Assembly: GCA_038235745.1 (NCBI GenBank)
Contig: JBBSTQ010000001.1
Location: 5,308-69,307 of the forward strand
DNA from: Sphingobacteriales bacterium
GTDB lineage: Bacteria > Bacteroidota > Bacteroidia > Sphingobacteriales > Sphingobacteriaceae
Direction: 5' to 3'
DNA length: 64,000 nucleotides
The position numbers were made by a program, and so were the translations under genes. The notes under the pieces were generated by a model. The model ran no database searches, was not told the origin of the DNA, and worked only from the letters and a program-made list of their open reading frames with translations. Position 1 is the stretch's first letter. The number at the start of each line of letters is the position of its first letter. Below, piece by piece: positions 60,240 through 64,000 of this stretch.

Positions 60240-60638
60240 ATGTTCAGGCGTTTATTTTTAACTTACTATTACGTTTTTTTTAAGAGCTATAGCGATTCTA
60301 AATACCCGCGTGACAATTCAGTAGCTTGGGAATCAGCCGTAGTACAGATTTGCTTGACATCTTTGTTTTTGAGTATTACGCTGATGTTAGGAATTGAAAT
60401 GGTGTTTAACTTTATATTGGATTTTAAGGGGCTTTTTATAGTGGTTTTTTGTTTAACTGCAACAGCTTTGGCGAGTTACTATTTGCTATTTAAGATTTAT
60501 AAGGTAGATAAAAACAACCCTGATCTTGCTAAGCTAGGCTTGTCTTTATCAAATAATACCAAATTGTATGTTTGGGGTTTTTATATTATCAATATTGGCG
60601 TTGCTTTCAGTTTAATGGCTGTTAAATTTCAGTTTTGA
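60240..60638 (+). CDS. Hypothetical small membrane protein (about 3 hydrophobic segments)
   Basis: 132-aa ORF, Phe/Leu/Tyr-rich, T-rich coding strand; no recognisable motif. Confidence 0.6.
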   Translation: MFRRLFLTYYYVFFKSYSDSKYPRDNSVAWESAVVQICLTSLFLSITLMLGIEMVFNFILDFKGLFIVVFCLTATALASYYLLFKIYKVDKNNPDLAKLGLSLSNNTKLYVWGFYIINIGVAFSLMAVKFQF

Positions 60639-60758
60639 TATGAATAAGGTTTTGATTTTATTGAGAAAACGGAAAGCACTCGTTTTACTGGGGATTGCCG
60701 GTGTTTGGATTTTATCCGCTTTAAAATAATATTTCGGATTAAACAAAACAGCTTACGC

Positions 60759-60822
60759 ACATATTTACCCCTTAATAAGAATAAACAGAGCCCTTAAAAA
60801 ACTAAAATTCTTGTCAAATTCG
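60759..60822 (+). promoter_or_regulatory. Putative HTCS direct repeat plus -7 element upstream of GH5
   Basis: ACATATTTACCCC (60759), ATAAACAGAGCCC (60781), CAAATTCG (60815). Confidence 0.6.
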
Positions 60823-60880
60823 TTTTCCGTTTCGGATAAGCCAATTATTTTATAAAATCTAGCGCCATTTATATTTTAAA

Positions 60881-62104
60881 ATGAAAAGATTACGTCCCTT
60901 GTTTTTTAGCTCCGTAAAAACGGATAGAATATTTACCCTTGTTTTGTCATTGGTTTTTGTGTTAGCTATTTCTTGCTCAAAATCAAAAGACCCTGTTAAG
61001 CCAACACCTGTTCCTACACCAACGCCAACACCTCCTCCTCCTGCATCAACGACAATTCCACCAATCAACACCAGCTCAACTACAGCAAAGGAAATAATTA
61101 AAGACATGTCTGGCGGTTTTAACTTGGGCAATACCTTCGAGTCACAATTCAAAAACAACCCACCTACTCTTGTAGCCGTAAAACCGATCATAGATTTGTA
61201 TTATGAAGCCGGCATCAGACACATCCGTATTCCTGTTACCTGGACGGAAGGATTTTCAACAAATATTGCCGATGCTAATGGAATTGTAAATTACCAACAT
61301 AGTAGATTTTTAGAGCTAAAGGCCGTAATCGATTATGCACTTACAAAAAAAATGTACGTAGTTATAAACGCACACCACGAACGTAATTTGAAACATAATT
61401 ACAACGGAAGCGCTGCTTTTGACAATAAATTTAAAACGCTGTGGACAGGCATTGCAACTTACTTCAAAGATTATCCAAAACAATTATTATTTGATGTTTT
61501 AAACGAGCCGGAAGGTGCTCTTGGCCAGTGGAGTGGCAATGGCGCTGTTTATCCGTTACCAACAAATGCAAACTCGATTGCCTTAACCAGACAGTTAAAT
61601 AAAGTGGCTTATGATGCCATTAGAGCTACCGAGGGAGGAAATACCACTCGAATAATTATGGTGGAACCAAACGGACAGGGAAACCAGGGAATGATAGAGG
61701 AGGTGTATCCTAACAAAGCGAGCTTACCGGGTGGCGGTACAGATGCTTTCCTTGCAATACAGGTTCATACTTATGACCCATGGGCGTTTTGCGGACAAAC
61801 TGGAGCAAACTCAGCATTTCCAGGTAGCGCTTCTATTGAAAACGGAATTAAAAAAGTGGCGCTGCATTCGGCTCTTTTAGACGTTCCTATAAATTATGGT
61901 GAATTTGGCGTTGGTAGAACATCTGGAAACGAGAGAAACACCGATCTTGTTCGTGGATATTACAAAACAGTCAAGAAAACTACACTTGCTCAAAACATGT
62001 CTTACACCGTTTGGGATGATAGAGGTTGGTTCGCATTGATTGCATCTAACGGCAGTGGTGGATACGTGTTTGTGAATAATATTATACCATCTATGTTTCA
62101 ATAG
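60881..62104 (+). CDS. GH5 endo-beta-glucanase-family lipoprotein
   Basis: Lipobox AIS-CSK, PT-repeat linker; GFNLGNTFE, HIRIPVTW, INAHHE, FDVLNEP, VHTYDPW, GEFG, VWD. Confidence 0.9.
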   Translation: MKRLRPLFFSSVKTDRIFTLVLSLVFVLAISCSKSKDPVKPTPVPTPTPTPPPPASTTIPPINTSSTTAKEIIKDMSGGFNLGNTFESQFKNNPPTLVAVKPIIDLYYEAGIRHIRIPVTWTEGFSTNIADANGIVNYQHSRFLELKAVIDYALTKKMYVVINAHHERNLKHNYNGSAAFDNKFKTLWTGIATYFKDYPKQLLFDVLNEPEGALGQWSGNGAVYPLPTNANSIALTRQLNKVAYDAIRATEGGNTTRIIMVEPNGQGNQGMIEEVYPNKASLPGGGTDAFLAIQVHTYDPWAFCGQTGANSAFPGSASIENGIKKVALHSALLDVPINYGEFGVGRTSGNERNTDLVRGYYKTVKKTTLAQNMSYTVWDDRGWFALIASNGSGGYVFVNNIIPSMFQ

Positions 62105-62280
62105 TTTTATTGAGATAGCTGATTACAAAGAGATCAGCAGATCATAACGCAAAAATTTAATGTGAAATATTGCTTAAACAAAATTGCAAATTTCGTATGC
62201 GTACGTAGTGTTGCTATCAGGTCTCTAGTAATAAATTTTTATTAATTTAAACTGCTGTAACCAATAATCCTCTAAAACAA

Positions 62281-62664
62281 ATGATAAAAAGTCTCCATCA
62301 CATAGCAATTATTTGCAGTGATTATACAAAGTCTAAGCAATTTTATACCGAGGTGTTAGGATTTAAAATTGAACAAGAAGTCTACAGAGAAGAAAGGCAA
62401 TCGTACAAGTTAGATTTGTCTTTAAACGGCATTTACCTTATTGAGCTGTTCTCGTTCCCAAATCCGCCGGAAAGACCATCACGACCAGAGTCTGCGGGCT
62501 TAAGACATATTGCTTTTGGAGTAGAAAATCTCGACGACTGTACCCAGTCATTAGTAGCTAAAAACGTTATGGTTGAGCCAGTTCGAGTGGATGAGTTTAC
62601 GGGCAAACGCTTTACCTTTTTTGCCGACCCAGATAATTTACCCATCGAGTTTTATGAATTGTAG
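62281..62664 (+). CDS. gloA2: VOC/glyoxalase I-like metalloprotein (YaeR type)
   Basis: HHIAIICSDY..SK.FY, ELFSFPNPP.RPS.PE..GLRHIAF, FTFFADPDNLPIEFYE. Confidence 0.88.
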   Translation: MIKSLHHIAIICSDYTKSKQFYTEVLGFKIEQEVYREERQSYKLDLSLNGIYLIELFSFPNPPERPSRPESAGLRHIAFGVENLDDCTQSLVAKNVMVEPVRVDEFTGKRFTFFADPDNLPIEFYEL

Positions 62665-62749
62665 TTGAAAATTTGTCTGCTGATTTAGCTAAGGTTTTGC
62701 TCAGTAAACGCATCGTGTGGAATTGAAAGTTATGCTATTCCTAGATTAT

Positions 62750-62813
62750 ACAAATACAGTCTATTTTCTGCACAATTGTAATCTACTTTTAACCCTGTAT
62801 AACCTTAAATTTA
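62750..62813 (+). promoter_or_regulatory. Putative HTCS direct repeat plus -7 element upstream of the fourth lyase
   Basis: ACAAATACAGTCT (62750), ACAATTGTAATCT (62772), TAAATTTA (62806). Confidence 0.65.
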
Positions 62814-62901
62814 TAAAATGGTAATCTGCTTTTTCAAAAAGTACACGATTGCGATTTCAGCTCTTGCAGCAATTTTTCAAACCATTTATATAACGATAAT
62901 T

Positions 62902-63792
62902 ATGCTATTTACTTTTAAATCTAAATTATTAATTTGCTTGCTAGAGGCAGCGTATTTAGGGACTGGGTCTTCCTGTAAAAAAAATAAAGCTATAAAGGAA
63001 ACTCCGATAAAGCAAGAACCGCCTATTGTTGTGCCGCCTGCACCTGAGACTTCAGAAGGCATGATTACTTTTAATAGTTATGCTAATATGCCTTACACGC
63101 TTAATATGGCTAAAGCAGATTTTTATCAAACCGTTTTATCCTGGAAAACTAACCAATCAGACATTGTTGATAAATCCTTAAGAATCAAAATACCAGCAGG
63201 CAGCGTAAGTGGAGGCTTTTATCCAAAATTCGACATTACTAATGGAACTTCGTACGAAGTTGTATTTGATATAAAATTCGCTGATAATTTTGATTGGAGA
63301 GACGGTGGAAAGTTAGGCGTAGGGTTTGGAATAGGAGATGTGGTAGCTGGAGGAAATAAGCCAGACGGCAATGGCGGAAGTGCCCGTATCATGTGGAACA
63401 AAAGCGGTAGCAATATCATTTTTAAACCTTACTTATATTATACTGGCATGCCTACTTCTTATGGGACTAACGTGGTTAGTAGTGCATATTTCCCGAAAGA
63501 CGGCACTAGCTTGCAAGACGATACTTGGTACACCATTAAAATGCGGGTTAAAAGTAATACCAATTACGATGCGAACGGAAGTATTCAGGTTAAAATTAAC
63601 AATCAAGAAATCCTGAGTAGCAACACCATCAAATGGGGAGACAATACCAACGGAAAAACCAATGGCTGGATCAAACAATTAATGTTTGAAACCTTTAGAG
63701 GTGGCCAAGGCCCACAATGGGAATCTGCGGTAGATGGTTATATATTTTACGATAATATCAAAGTTACGAAAGACCCAACAACGGAATTTTAG
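62902..63792 (+). CDS. PL14-like polysaccharide lyase, close duplicate of 46030..46932; start moved from 62818 to 62902
   Basis: FDWRDGGKLG, SARIMW, KPYLYY, TFRGG. The Met at 62902 gives MLFTFKSKLL...SS-CKK, a lipoprotein-like N-terminus, whereas ATG 62818 overlaps the predicted TSS. Confidence 0.72.
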   Translation: MLFTFKSKLLICLLEAAYLGTGSSCKKNKAIKETPIKQEPPIVVPPAPETSEGMITFNSYANMPYTLNMAKADFYQTVLSWKTNQSDIVDKSLRIKIPAGSVSGGFYPKFDITNGTSYEVVFDIKFADNFDWRDGGKLGVGFGIGDVVAGGNKPDGNGGSARIMWNKSGSNIIFKPYLYYTGMPTSYGTNVVSSAYFPKDGTSLQDDTWYTIKMRVKSNTNYDANGSIQVKINNQEILSSNTIKWGDNTNGKTNGWIKQLMFETFRGGQGPQWESAVDGYIFYDNIKVTKDPTTEF

Positions 63793-64000
63793 GCAATGAT
63801 TTATTATGCCAATTACAATTAACGAATCGTCTAATGTTCTTTTTTCAACACATAGATACATAGTTTTTAAGGAGGAAACAAAGTCTGTTTACCGCAAAGC
63901 GGAACGCTATGTTAGGCAAACATGCCCGCTATTAGCAGGGACAAATCTATGTTTCTATGTGGTTAAGTGTTAGACCAACACATACACATAAATGGCATTA

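Noticed and set aside
60990-61045. CCAACA/CCT-rich repeats in GH5 and similar runs at about 46135-46180
   Set aside because: They encode ordinary Pro/Thr lipoprotein linkers, not DNA repeat elements
34416-62104. Xanthan utilization locus (PL8 + GH88 + GH5 + GH3)
   Set aside because: No alpha-mannosidase (GH92/GH38) or esterase is in the window and the PL14-like lyases would be unexplained; not strictly excluded if those genes lie elsewhere
62818-62901. ORF-track start at 62818 for the last lyase
   Set aside because: It lies only 4 nt after the predicted -7 element, at about the TSS; Met 62902 gives an N-terminus comparable to the paralog
437-63861. The many 60-140 aa ORFs in the track lying antisense to, or in alternate frames of, long genes (for example 7119..7421, 26119..26505, 47211..47534, 47655..48074, 60859..61191)
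   Set aside because: They overlap well-supported CDSs and show no motifs or signal peptides, as expected for shadow ORFs
1-64000. CRISPR arrays, IS elements, integrases, invertible promoters, tRNA or rRNA
   Set aside because: No spaced identical repeats, transposase or recombinase ORFs, promoter-flanking inverted repeats or RNA gene signatures were seen by eye

Overview
AT-rich Bacteroidota DNA, most likely Sphingobacteriaceae/Pedobacter-like. This call rests on the SusC/SusD genes, hybrid two-component systems (HTCS), T9SS C-terminal domains, TAnnTTTG-type -7 promoter elements and signal peptides cleaved before Gln. Almost the whole 64 kb is one very large polysaccharide utilization locus (PUL). 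It encodes two HTCS regulators, a tandem susCD-susCD-DUF1735-like transporter cluster, five GH3, GH2, GH5, GH10, GH16, a GH50-like enzyme, GH88, GH105 and PL8. It also encodes four divergent PL14-like lyases, a pair of clan GH-A hydrolases I cannot assign to a family, an unassigned beta-helix enzyme, two paralogous T9SS-secreted proteins of unknown function and a cytochrome c-PQQ sugar dehydrogenase. Reading the intergenic DNA by hand shows 14 promoters with one fixed architecture: two ACAwwTGTAnYCY-like half-sites 22 bp apart, the second starting 33-34 bp before the -7 element. This ties most of the locus into one putative regulon. The enzyme set is rich in beta-glucuronate and beta-glucose activities and contains no sulfatase, mannosidase, rhamnosidase or galactosidase in this window. 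That suggests, by inference only, an unsulfated glucuronan or glucuronoglucan-type substrate. No rRNA, tRNA, CRISPR array or transposase was seen. All family calls come from motifs recognised by eye, not from database searches.
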